Part shown: piece by piece, positions 53,401 to 64,000 of the stretch | How positions within the stretch are numbered: the first letter of the stretch is position 1 | How the letters are laid out: each line of letters starts with the position of its first letter | From: the human T2T-CHM13v2.0 reference genome, Homo sapiens | Direction: 5' to 3' (one strand) | DNA: 64,000 nucleotides | Assembly (NCBI RefSeq): GCF_009914755.1 | Contig: NC_060942.1 | Notes under the pieces: model-generated | Told to the model about the DNA's origin: nothing | Database searches by the model: none | Seen by the model: only the letters and a program-made list of their open reading frames with translations | Program-made: the position numbers and the translations under genes

Positions 53401-53920
53401 GGTTCCATGAAACTGGGTTTTTGGAGTAGTAGTCTTCTCAAGAGTTTTGCCCTTTCTGCAGATATACTGATGGGCCTAGCATGGATTCCTGCCCCTCCCT
53501 CCTCCAGAGAGTTCTTTTCTGTTTTACTGAACCCTTCCCCAGCTGTGGTGGAATCTACCAATGCCCATAGGCTACTGCTTTGGTTCCCTTTGGACTGTGG
53601 ATTAAGACTTTTGTTCAGTAGGGGAGGTAGGAGAGATGGTGATTGTTCAATAGTTGCTGTTCTCTTTCCTTAGACAGAAACACGAGGGAAATATTTTCAA
53701 CATACATCCCAATCTTCCCTGTTAACACCTCCTAGAGTTTATGGAAGAAACACCTGCAAGAGCTGAAACCCAAACCAGGTTTACTTCTGAACAATAGTGA
53801 AAGCTAGTCGTGCCTCTTTTCGGTGTGTAGAACACCCCTCTCCCCTCCTGGGTGCCCTCTCCTATCAACCATCGAAGCATATAGAGACTCTCTACCAGTG
53901 GTTCCCAATGTTCACAAATC
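50480..53920 (-). mobile_element. Old L1M ORF1/5'-region fragments
   Basis: T-rich antisense L1 motifs (TTCACTATGATGTGTCTTGGCATG, GACTCCAATGAAATGAATATTAGACC); boundaries approximate. Confidence 0.65.
52200..52321 (+). mobile_element. Very short L1PA 3' end with extended tail
   Basis: CATGGCACATGTATACATATG...GTACCCTAGAACT; perfect 15-bp TSD AAAATCCTTGTCAGA at 52185-52199 and 52322-52336, at a TT|AAAA site. Confidence 0.95.
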
Positions 53921-54745
53921 AAACACTGCCATCTTATAAAGTATATTTTGTTATACTCTTTAAAATAAATTGCCTAGTTAATATAACCTCAAAAAATAAC
54001 TAACTTGGTGCTCAAATCCTGATACAAAGGAGGATTTTTGAAAGTATTTTTAAATAATATGTTTCAAGACATGAAGTCTTTAGCACAAATTCACTATAAG
54101 ATTTAATAAATTGGTAAAAAATCATAATTATAAATGAATAAGATTAGATTTGAACGAAGAAACAAGTTGAAGGACAATTTCATGAACAGTTTTACATAAA
54201 TTGTTTGATTACAATACATGTTAGACACTTACTGTGTATTACATACTATCTTAGGTGTTATAGAAATTAAAAATAAAGATATTCCATAACCTCAAGAAGC
54301 ATATCATATGTTGAAAAGATGTATGATTTCTGGTTATGAAACGTTTATGTATAAATATGATCAAATGCTGTATTGTATTAATTCCTATGTGATTAATAAT
54401 AAAACCCACAAATACCTTTATCTCAAAGTAAAAGCTCATCCTCATGGAAACCATAGCACTGAGTTGGAAACATCTCTAGTTTCAAATACATTATTTTTCT
54501 TTTAAGTAATCTCAAATTAGCCATTAAGAGGGAGTCATTTTTTGTATAAATTATAATTGAAAATGAGATATTAGCCTATAAAAATACTATCAGAAAAAAA
54601 TTACTAATACACTTAAGTATTTCTGTAAAATTTATTATTTCCTACAAAAATGTCAAAATTCATAAGGCAAATGGAAATCTAAGTTAACCAGTAATGATGA
54701 TGACAGTGATAATGATTACACTAAGAACTAATTCCAATAATAATA

Positions 54746-54897
54746 CAGTTATGTGTTGCCTAATGAGGAAGGACATTCTTAGAATTGTGTTATTAGGCAA
54801 TTTTGTCCTGTAAACATCAGACTGCACTTACACAAACCTAGATGATATAGCCTACTACACATGTAGGCCATATAGTATAGCCAACTGTTCCTGGGTA
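54746..54897. mobile_element. Tigger3 (Golem)-like fragment
   Basis: TA-CAGTTATGTGTTGCCTAATGA terminus; ACTTACACAAACCTAGATGATATAGCCTACTACAC. Confidence 0.75.
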
Positions 54898-55164
54898 AAG
54901 TCATATTTCTGAATAAAACTTTATGGTCTGACCTTAAAGCACTGGTTTTTTCCATTCAGTTGTAGGCAATACTGAGCTTCTCTGACGCAGCTCTGAAATC
55001 CCCTTATAGTTCAACACTAACTTTGCTTTAAACTTCTTATTTTGAAATAACTGCAGGTGTAAGAAACATTACAAAGAAATCCCAGACACCCTTCACTATT
55101 TGGTATTTCCAAAATTCAAAATCCATTTTAAGTCTAAATTTATAGTTTCTCCATAATCCAGATA

Positions 55165-55665
55165 ATGAAGATATTTATCACCTTCGAAAGGTGTCATGTG
55201 CTTGTCTCCATTTTATCTTTGTACTAAGACCACTTAACATGAGATTTGCCCTCTTAACAAGTTTTTAATTATTAACAAGAGGCATTATCTTATGTAGCAC
55301 ATCTCTGGAACTGATTCATCTTGTATAATCATAACTTTATACCCACTGAACAACTCCCCATAATCCCTCCTCCAGCCCCTGGTAACCACAGTTCTGTTGT
55401 TTACTTCTATACCTATGACTATTTTATACGCCTCACATAAGAGCACTCACGCAGTAGTTATTCTCATGACGGACAGATTTTACTTAGCATAATGTCTTCG
55501 AGGTCCATACATGTTCTCCCTAATAGTAGGATTTCTTTTTTATTAAAGCTGAATGATATTCCATTCCTGAGTGTATACATATGTCAAAAATCACCAAATT
55601 GTATACATTAATTATGTGGAGTTTTTTTGTATACCAATTATACCTTAATAAAGCTGGGAAAAATA
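55165..55665 (-). mobile_element. L1MA/MB 3' fragment (minus, to ~55565) abutting a short plus-strand L1M tail
   Basis: CCCTCCTCCAGCCCCTGGTAACCAC...TTACTTAGCATAATGTCTTC; then TATACCAATTATACCTTAATAAAGCTG. Confidence 0.75.
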
Positions 55666-58600
55666 AATACTATTTTTGTTTTTTTATTTTTGCATATTTG
55701 AAGAGCTCAGATTGTGAGCTCATTGCAGTTCATTGTGATCTGTAGAAAACACATTAGCCTAAAATTTGGATGGCCACCCCTAGAGAGAGCATGCTTATTT
55801 TCCTTAACAAAAACCAGGCCATGCTAACGTAATGAACTGGGACAACCCAGCCCCATCCAGGTTCCTGACTGAATCCAGACACCTCATCCTCATTTCTTAG
55901 AACGGATGCAGAGCCCAGGCATCAGAGGGGCCCTCGCCTGTGCTGCCAGGGCTCCCGCTAGGCTTTCATGCTTCCCCTTACCTGCCTGTGTCTGAAGGTT
56001 TTTCCTAATTCCTATGTGCTCTGCAATGAAATGGTACTTATGCAGTTTTCTGAAGGTTTTGCGGTTGAAATTTAGTCTGGACTACCTGGTTTAATATACT
56101 AACATTTATTTCTTATTTCTTTTTTTTTCTCCTTTTAATCTTTTTTTTTTTTTTCGTTCCTTGTAGGCAACCATTCATTCTGTGAGATCAATCCCTGCAA
56201 TTTGCTATAGCAGACATGGTACACAGTAGTTGCCCAAATAATGCTTGTTGATGTGATAGACAATGTATTATAATTATCATAATATACATAGTGATAAAAC
56301 ATATGCCACAAAATTTACTTTTTAAATATTTTGTTGTGTTTTTTTGTGTTATTTTTCAGGGTTTTATTTTTTCTCCAATTTCATAGTTTGACATAAAATA
56401 TTCTTAGTATTTTTAACTATGATCATGTTTGTTGCTACATTATCAATTTGTATTTCAGGACTTTTTGATGATGAATTTATCCTTGTTTTTAACCAATAAT
56501 TTCAGAAGCATGTAATCAGAAATATTATAGAGCAAATTATCAATGGTTTTAAAATTACTTAGTTGCCCAAAAGTAAAAAATATTTTGTATTTATATATAT
56601 GGATTTATTCTGGTAAGAGAAAATTATATAGCCTTGAAATAACAATTTCATTACCTTTCAGCAAATCTTACCTCATGTAAATCCATCAGCCATGGTTGTT
56701 TTCCTTATTGAATTTGAGAATAAGAAATTTAGGTTCTTTTTAAGCTGTCAGAATAAGAGAATTTCATAAAATATATTAGCAAAGTGATAAATATTTAGCA
56801 ACTATGCTGTCAAAATCATAGACTGCCTGTATCTCAAATAGTAAACAGATAAAATATTAGTAATAAATCTTTAAAGCACACTTCTTTATCTTTCAATTTT
56901 TTTAGATAACATGTATTTCCTACTGGAAGAATATAGCTGAGACTGTTTTAATTTCAATAAATCAAAATATAAAGAACAAGAACTACATTGAATTAGAAGT
57001 AGCATAAATATTCATGTTTTATCCTACATAATACTTCATTTAAAATATTTGTCCATGTCTTTTTATAAAAACAACTGATTTTTCTGTTTCACATCTAACT
57101 TGGAGATGTAATATGCTTAGAGAATTTTCTATTTTATGTGATTATTTATAAATATGTAAAGTCTTCATCATTTGATTGTATTAATTACTTTTTTTTTTTC
57201 TGCCTGGTTTCTAATCTCATCTTTTCCACCTACTTGCAACATACCCTTGGGGAGATTTAACTTATTTCTACCTCAGTTTCCTCAGGATTGTTTAGAGAAT
57301 TGGATAACTTTATATTTGTTTCTAACTTGGAATGGCCTCTAGCACATAAATTATAAATATACTGACAGTGTTTTCTGAATGCAATATGCTTTATCAATCC
57401 TTTTCAAATAACATCGTCTGTCTAACCTGAAATACTCCAAGAAGTTAAATGTAGTACATGTGGAATCTGTAATAATTGGGAAGTAGGTAAATAAGGTAAT
57501 GCTTATATCCTAGATTTTAGGTCCTATATTGAAAACTGTTTTACTGTAAGCATGAGTTTCATAATTTGACTCAATGGATAAGTTAAATGTGATTTTATTG
57601 TGCAGTATATATGTATATATTATATATATGCATATACATGTATACAAACAAATATTTGGTTACAGTCAAGGTAGCCATGTTCAAGAAGTATGAACATTAT
57701 GCAATAAATATTTGCAATACAGAAACTTTACTGCGAGAACAGTGTCTTTAAGAATAGTAATGAATCATATTAAAATACCTTTTATCAAAATATATTCTTA
57801 ATTAACCTTTAATTAAATTCATTTTGACTAGCTCTATTTTTTTCATATTTTCATCTATCCTTAGTACGTAGACTTAAGTGTGCTTGCAAAAATATTTTGA
57901 AATTATATATAACCAGTAACACCTCTCCATCTTACTGTTGTTTTATGCAACTGGTAATTATATATTGTTACTTTGCAGGCTTATGTTCGAGTCTACTTTT
58001 TACAATTTCCCTCTTTCACACATTCATCAATTATATCTTCCCACTCAGCAATTATCTAGTGAAGTTACATATACACAGAAATTGTTCTTCAGGAAAATGA
58101 AAGTCAATACTTTGAAATTTGACTCACTCCAGTTATTAGACTGCATGATCACTTGCTGTATTCATAGATCCCTTTTCTCTGGAAATTATGATTTTTTTGA
58201 GAATGAAGTGTGCACCAATAATTAATCTGCCCCTTTAGGTAAGGGGAAAGGGAAATCACAAGATAACATTAAGTTCTTGGTTTTACAAACTATGGGATGT
58301 CTTTTAAATGCACAGAGAAAATTGTGTAAGCCACTAAAAGAACAAACGATGTGCTTCTTCTACCTTTTAAAATCCTTCCCCATTTGGAGTGAGGTTTCTC
58401 TTTTATGCCCTCACAGAAAACCCAGTGCTTATTAATAACATACATCATAGCATGTCAGTTATTAATTTATGTGCTTGAATCTACTGGATTGTACACTTAT
58501 CTATTAAAATACATATTATATCAATTGAATCTATCAGAATGAAAAAGATAGAAACATTTGTGATTGTTTTCTTCTCTTCCTTTCCTTCACTTCATCTCCT

Positions 58601-60210
58601 CCTCTCTATCCCCTTCAATGTCTGTACTTTGACTCCTGTAAATACACCTGGTAAATTAATGCCTAGTATCTCAGCCAAGGCAAGACCACATGCTTGGAAA
58701 GGATATCTTTATTTACAAAAAGAAAGTCACTAGAAATATTAGAATAGTAGGCTGGAACATAGACATTTACAAAATCCAAAGTACTAGATTTGGGAAGTGC
58801 ATCCTGAATTCTTTCCTTCAGAGACAACATGAGAATTTGGGATCTGGGCTACTCTTCGTCCTTGCTTCCTGTTTCCACGTAGGTTTCTTCGACCATGAAA
58901 AAAGAGGAGAAAGTTGTCTGGTGGGTGTTGTTAGCAGCAGGAATCAGGCATGTGCAGTCCCTGCCCTTTTTTTCCTTTCTGGTGGATCTGCATGACTCAG
59001 TGCTCTCAGCTGGTCTGCAGAAGGGGTGTGCTTACACTCCTATCTGATTGCGAGGGAAACCTGTGTCTTCCTAGGTTTCCAGGAATATTAGGGATTTCAT
59101 TACTGCCCTGGAACTAAACCAGATTGCCTAACAGCATTCTAGGTAACATTCTGATTTCTATCTGTTCAGATTTGTCTATCTCACCTGGTTCAAAACGATG
59201 GGGAAAATGTTTGTTATCTAATACATCTCATAAAATCCCATCAGAGTTGACTTATACCAGGTTCTCAATAAATATTTTCAATAGATTTCAGTAAATTGAA
59301 TTTTAGTTTTAGGAATCTGCACAGAGAGACATTAGGTATGAATAATGTAATATGTATTACTATAAATTTAACTGAACTGGATTAAAATTTTAGGGATTCC
59401 TTTTTTAATAATTCTATTCAAATTTAATTAACAAGTAATTTCCGGGTGAGTTTTGCTCTTCATTTTTAAAGTATTATCTTTCTCCTTCATCTAATTGTTT
59501 TAGACGCCGGTCAAAAATGTTTTATCTTTGTTTAAAGGTTATAGATGACTTCTGAAGATCTGCAATAGTAAAAGAAAAGGAACATATATTTGCAATTTGA
59601 TGTAGGATATTCATGAATTTAATCATGGGATGCTTTCATTTAGAAAGAACCACATATATAGGCAACAGATTTTTAATGTTATTTTGGTGAGATTTGAATT
59701 GCAGATAGTCTAATGGTAATACACTCATATCATTGAGTCTGTTTATTAGTTTTCATATCGCTACAGTATGCATGGAGGTCCTTAATCCTTAAATAGTCTG
59801 ACTGAATACATAATAGAATATCTTGGTACTTTAAATATTGCATTTTGCTTAATTCCTTGTTTGATGGAGGGAGCTCTTCTAGTGTTTTTCATATAATGGC
59901 AATTGAAAACAAACTTGTCATTTATTGAGACTGCGTGTAAGTCTATATAAAAAAACCCCAGAAGATAAGAATCAAATATGATTCAGGGAAATGTATAAAT
60001 CACATAGTCCAAAAATAATAAATCAATTTTGTTTTTGTTGTAATAGTAGTGCCATTACAGTACCTAGCTTACTGAGTTTAACCCACAGCATTCCCAAAGC
60101 TGTCATACTTGCTTGTTCAACAGTGTCTCTGGTTTAAACTAAGAAATGAATAATAAATACGTAGCTTAGCAACCATCGACATGGTACACTGATATCAGTC
60201 TAGGATGCTT

Positions 60211-60399
60211 AGAAATGGTGGTGGGTACACTTTTTCTTATAAAACATCATTACAAATTTACTATTTAACAAGAGGTTGAATGCTAGTTGTCAAAAATGTA
60301 CAATATAGAAATGGTTGTGGATAGATTTTTTCTTGTAAAATATCATTACGGATTTATTTAACAAGAGGTTAAATGCTAGTTATCAAAAATGTACAATAT
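60211..60399. repeat. ~95-bp diverged tandem duplication (2 copies)
   Basis: Units 60211-60306 and 60307-60399, both AGAAATGGT...TTTAACAAGAGGTT.AATGCTAGTT.TCAAAAATGTACAATAT. Confidence 0.92.
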
Positions 60400-60751
60400 T
60401 TGTGATCTCAGCCCTTTTATGTTTGTACAAACAGTGTAATTTTTCACAAAGAACATTTTTCAGAACAAGAGACTTCAAAATATGGCAAATATGGTGATTG
60501 TCTTGGAACCAAAATTTCAAATACTAATTTTTTAAGTACAAAATGGTGATAGAACTGCTATTCACTGTTCTGCAAAATCCACAACATCCCATCCACGGCA
60601 TCTTAGCGGCTGCAACATCAAGTCTTCTCCAAAGCTGAGCCACTCTCTATATAAGTGATATAAAAAATACTGAAGCTGATATAAAGAAAACAAATAGGAA
60701 CCTTTGGAGACTTTACTAACTTTTGTCAGCAATTGTGATGATTTAATTACT

Positions 60752-61122
60752 TTCTCTGGTCGAAGTCCTTTTTCCCCTCCAGATTTCATGTTGAAACTTA
60801 ATCCCTAATGCAGCAGTATTGGGAGCCTTATGGGAGCTATTCAGGTCATGAGAGTTCTGTGCTCGTGAATGGATTAATGCCACTGTAAATGGAGTTTCTG
60901 CAAGTGGACTTTCTCTCTCTTCTGCCCTTCTGCCATGTGAGGACCCAGCGTTCCTCTGCTCAGTGTTCAAGGGACCATGTTAGAAACAAAGACACACCCT
61001 AACGTGCCAGTGCCTTGATCCTGGACTTCCTAGCCTCCAGAACTGTGAGATATTAAATTTCTTTTCATTATAAATTATTCAATCTGAGGTATTGTTGAAA
61101 GCAGCACAAAATGCACTAAGAT
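60752..61122 (+). mobile_element. MST/MLT1A-type MaLR LTR
   Basis: TTCATGTTGAAACTTAATCCC...TGCCTTGATCCTGGACTTCCTAGCCTCCAGAACTGTGAGA...ACTAAGATA. Confidence 0.88.
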
Positions 61123-63930
61123 ATTATTTTAATATTATTTTAATATCTGTCCACCTTTTTTTCTATGGCATTTTCCCATTTTATTGACATTAAAAATGGT
61201 TCTTGTTGGATATAGTTATTTATGTGAAACAAATTCCTTAATCATATAATGACTGATTTTCTTGAATGCCTTTTAACTTTAATATACCATACTTTTCCCT
61301 TAATGACCATGAGGTTATACATATAAATACTAAAAGCATTATTTGAAATGTTAAAATAATACTAAATTTTAAAGTGACATTAAATTTGAATATATGTACA
61401 AATACTAAAATTGACATTAAATTTAAACTTTATAATAAAAAAGTGAAGAGGTAGAATTATGATCCAGGAACATAGAAAAATAAGATTTTATGATCTACAG
61501 GAGCACTGCATGATGTCTTTGCATGTGTTACTGTTTACTTCCATCTTTATTATAAATAAAATTTATAATAATCATTTAAAACATTTACATAGGCTTTTTT
61601 AAATATACAGGCAATACATATTAATCTATCAGAATTATTTATTTTAAAAATACCTTATGTTGAAAGATACTTCTAAATGCTACAAGAAATCCCAAGAATC
61701 GTAAGACTCACATCTCCCAACAGGCAAACAAATAGATGGAATGTAAAACCTGCCCACGTGGAAAAATTACAAGCAGCAGCATGCATTGTCTAATGGGCAG
61801 TGTTGGCATCTACCTGAGGCACCAATGCCAGCTCTGTCTATACTTACATACTCTTAATTTTTCAGGATTGATTATTGTGTAAATTTTCCATGCCCTTTTT
61901 TGCCTCTTTATGGCTAAATTTTCTATTCACTTTTATGCTATGAACATTTCATAGGTCATAAGAAAGCAGAAATTCAATTATTAAATATTTAATTCATTAT
62001 TTTTGTCTTAAGAAAACAATGAAATTATAGAGCAATTTATTATATATGTGAACTTTCATTCTATATGTGAACCAAATATTTGAGAAAGGCAGCTGGTACA
62101 AGCTATAAAAATGTTTGAAACTTACTGTGAATTAATTTTTCTAATCATGTCTCCAATGATTGTTATAGATGTAGTAAAACTGTTTCTGAGTCCTTTGAGG
62201 AATACCATTTTGCATATTTGTTGTATTAACGGGGCATTAATAAATCATAAGTAAAGGCTAAGAACACCAGGTCTGTTTCCAAGTTGAAGTGCGTGGTTTG
62301 GCATCATTTTCTGAGGTTGATCTCAGAAAGGCTTTTCTGTGTAGTGTTCATTCACTACCATCATTGTTACCTAATGATTTTGTGAAGATTTGCCTAGAGT
62401 CAGGGGTCATTGCACAAACGATTTCATTCATTCACTAATTCTTTCTACAAACAGTGTGTTTCTTACGCTCAGGGAGGAAACATTCTACACCCCAGTAGTG
62501 CCACTTTCATTTAAAAAAAAAAAAAAGCGTCTACCTGACACCAATGTAGATCAGACATAGTCACAATCAATATTTTTTTCTTACTCCTGGGGATAATTAG
62601 CCTTTATTAGTACGGACAGCAATAATTGGGGTTTTACTTCATAAGAGTCAATAGAAATACAGATGCCTTTCACAGATGTTTGCTTTGAAGAGATATTGCT
62701 TACAGAAAATTCACTTTTCTCAGTTAAATAATATTTTTTTCTTGATAGCTAGAATTAAACCAAAGTTTTAAAAATATGTAAAATATCTTGTGTGGGTTTT
62801 AGGTTTCAAGTAATTGGTACATTTGTATTTATGTATACAGCAAACTGCTGGACTAATGTAGCTCAAAATTTCACTAACATTTTTATGAATTTTCATAAAT
62901 CTTAAGTGTCAATATTAGAAAATTAATTAAATATGCTTTGAATAGTAACTGGTTATCTTAAAACAGCTCATAGTGTTCTTATTTTGATAATAAAAATGGT
63001 GTGAATTCGTGTAGAAATTTTGGAAAGTGTAGAAAATATTACATATATGAAAAGGAATATTTTAAAAACCAGTAAATTTTATTCTGCAAAATATTTTTAA
63101 TAGATACTTTATAAAGTATATGGAGTAACGCATTTAAATAAAGTCCAGTAAGTGGTAGTTAGGTTATCTTTGCACATCCCCGATTATTACTTTTGCAATT
63201 GCTATGTCGAATGTTGGCCACATTTTAATTTATTCAACTATGTTGCCAAGTTTAAAAAAAATTATATCAATTTACTTTCAGTAGCAATGGACAAATAACT
63301 TATACATCCTATGACCTTTTAAACATGATTTTGGGTTTCTGCCTTATTTAAACCCATCATATGTCTATTTCTCTCATGTTACCACTTTGTCTTAAATATT
63401 GTTACTTTAGTGTAGTTGAATGCATAGAATTAGGATTGCAATATATTTATTTTTCAAAATTTCCTTGGCCTTTTTTTTACACTTATATTGGCAGGAGACT
63501 TTCCACATTATTGTCCTAAGTTACTAAAGAGGATTTCATTATGATCCACATGATTTGGATAATATTATATTTTTGCTAATTAATTTAGAGATTGGATTTT
63601 TACATCACTGATAATTTATACCACAAGGAATATCCCAACACTATGCATATCGTCTTTTAAAAGGCTTTCTTTGTTTTCTTCATATATATCCTATAAATCC
63701 TGATCTAATTTATTCTTAGATATTTTACACAATTTTTTGCTAACATTAATTGCATCTTATTTTAATTATGGTTTCTATTAGGTTGGTTCTTGACTATAAG
63801 AAATGCAATTGGGTTGTATGTGTTATTTTGTAGCATATATCCAGATTGACCTTGATATGTTTTCTTAAGTTATCAGTTTATAGTCTTGGGGTTAGCTTGT
63901 TTACACTTCTATACAAAGAATGATGATGAG

Positions 63931-64000
63931 TTTTTAAAAAATTGTACTTTAAGTTCTGGGATACAACTGCAGAACGTGCAGGTTTGTTACATAGGTATAC
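63931..64000 (-). mobile_element. L1PA 3' end (continues beyond window)
   Basis: ACTTTAAGTTCTGGGATACA...CAGAACGTGCAGGTTTGTTACATAGGTATAC. Confidence 0.92.

Noticed and set aside
58993-58999. AP-1 site TGACTCA in a GC-richer patch
   Set aside because: A single 7-mer that recurs by chance; not supportable without chromatin data.
60562-60700. Possible minus-strand exon after TTGTTTTCTTTATATCAG with two CpGs
   Set aside because: No convincing donor and no recognisable peptide in the frames I read.
62308-62329. 8-bp hairpin TTTCTGAG-N6-CTCAGAAA as an RNA gene or terminator
   Set aside because: Stems this short are expected by chance in 64 kb; no other ncRNA hallmarks.

Overview
This window is primate (human-like, catarrhine) non-coding genomic DNA: AT-rich, CpG-depleted and Alu-poor (3 Alus in 64 kb). 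I find no supportable protein-coding gene, RNA gene or CRISPR array. The ORFs in the track are chance ORFs, microsatellite translations or decayed L1/Alu/LTR frames. Much of the window is transposable-element debris: Alu, L1 (young 3' ends and old large fragments), L2, MIR, MaLR LTRs (THE1/MST/MLT1), MLT2A, a solo HERV-K(HML-2) LTR5, an LTR6-like solo LTR, and DNA transposons (MER6, MER82, Tigger4, Tigger3, MER5, MADE1). Family names come from my recall of consensus sequences, not a database search, so subfamily calls are tentative. I do not see a new biological system. The best leads are: (i) four perfect CAG|GTGAGT splice donors within 4.7 kb, a textbook TACTAAC/polypyrimidine/AG acceptor, and an antisense bias of L1/LTRs, together hinting at a plus-strand spliced transcript; (ii) a 5'-inverted L1 and a tiny L1 with a possible 3' transduction; (iii) a chimeric THE1 LTR; (iv) a 43-bp templated duplication with a hairpin junction; (v) a ~380-bp quasi-palindromic AT-rich repeat; (vi) a SOXE-dimer-like palindrome.
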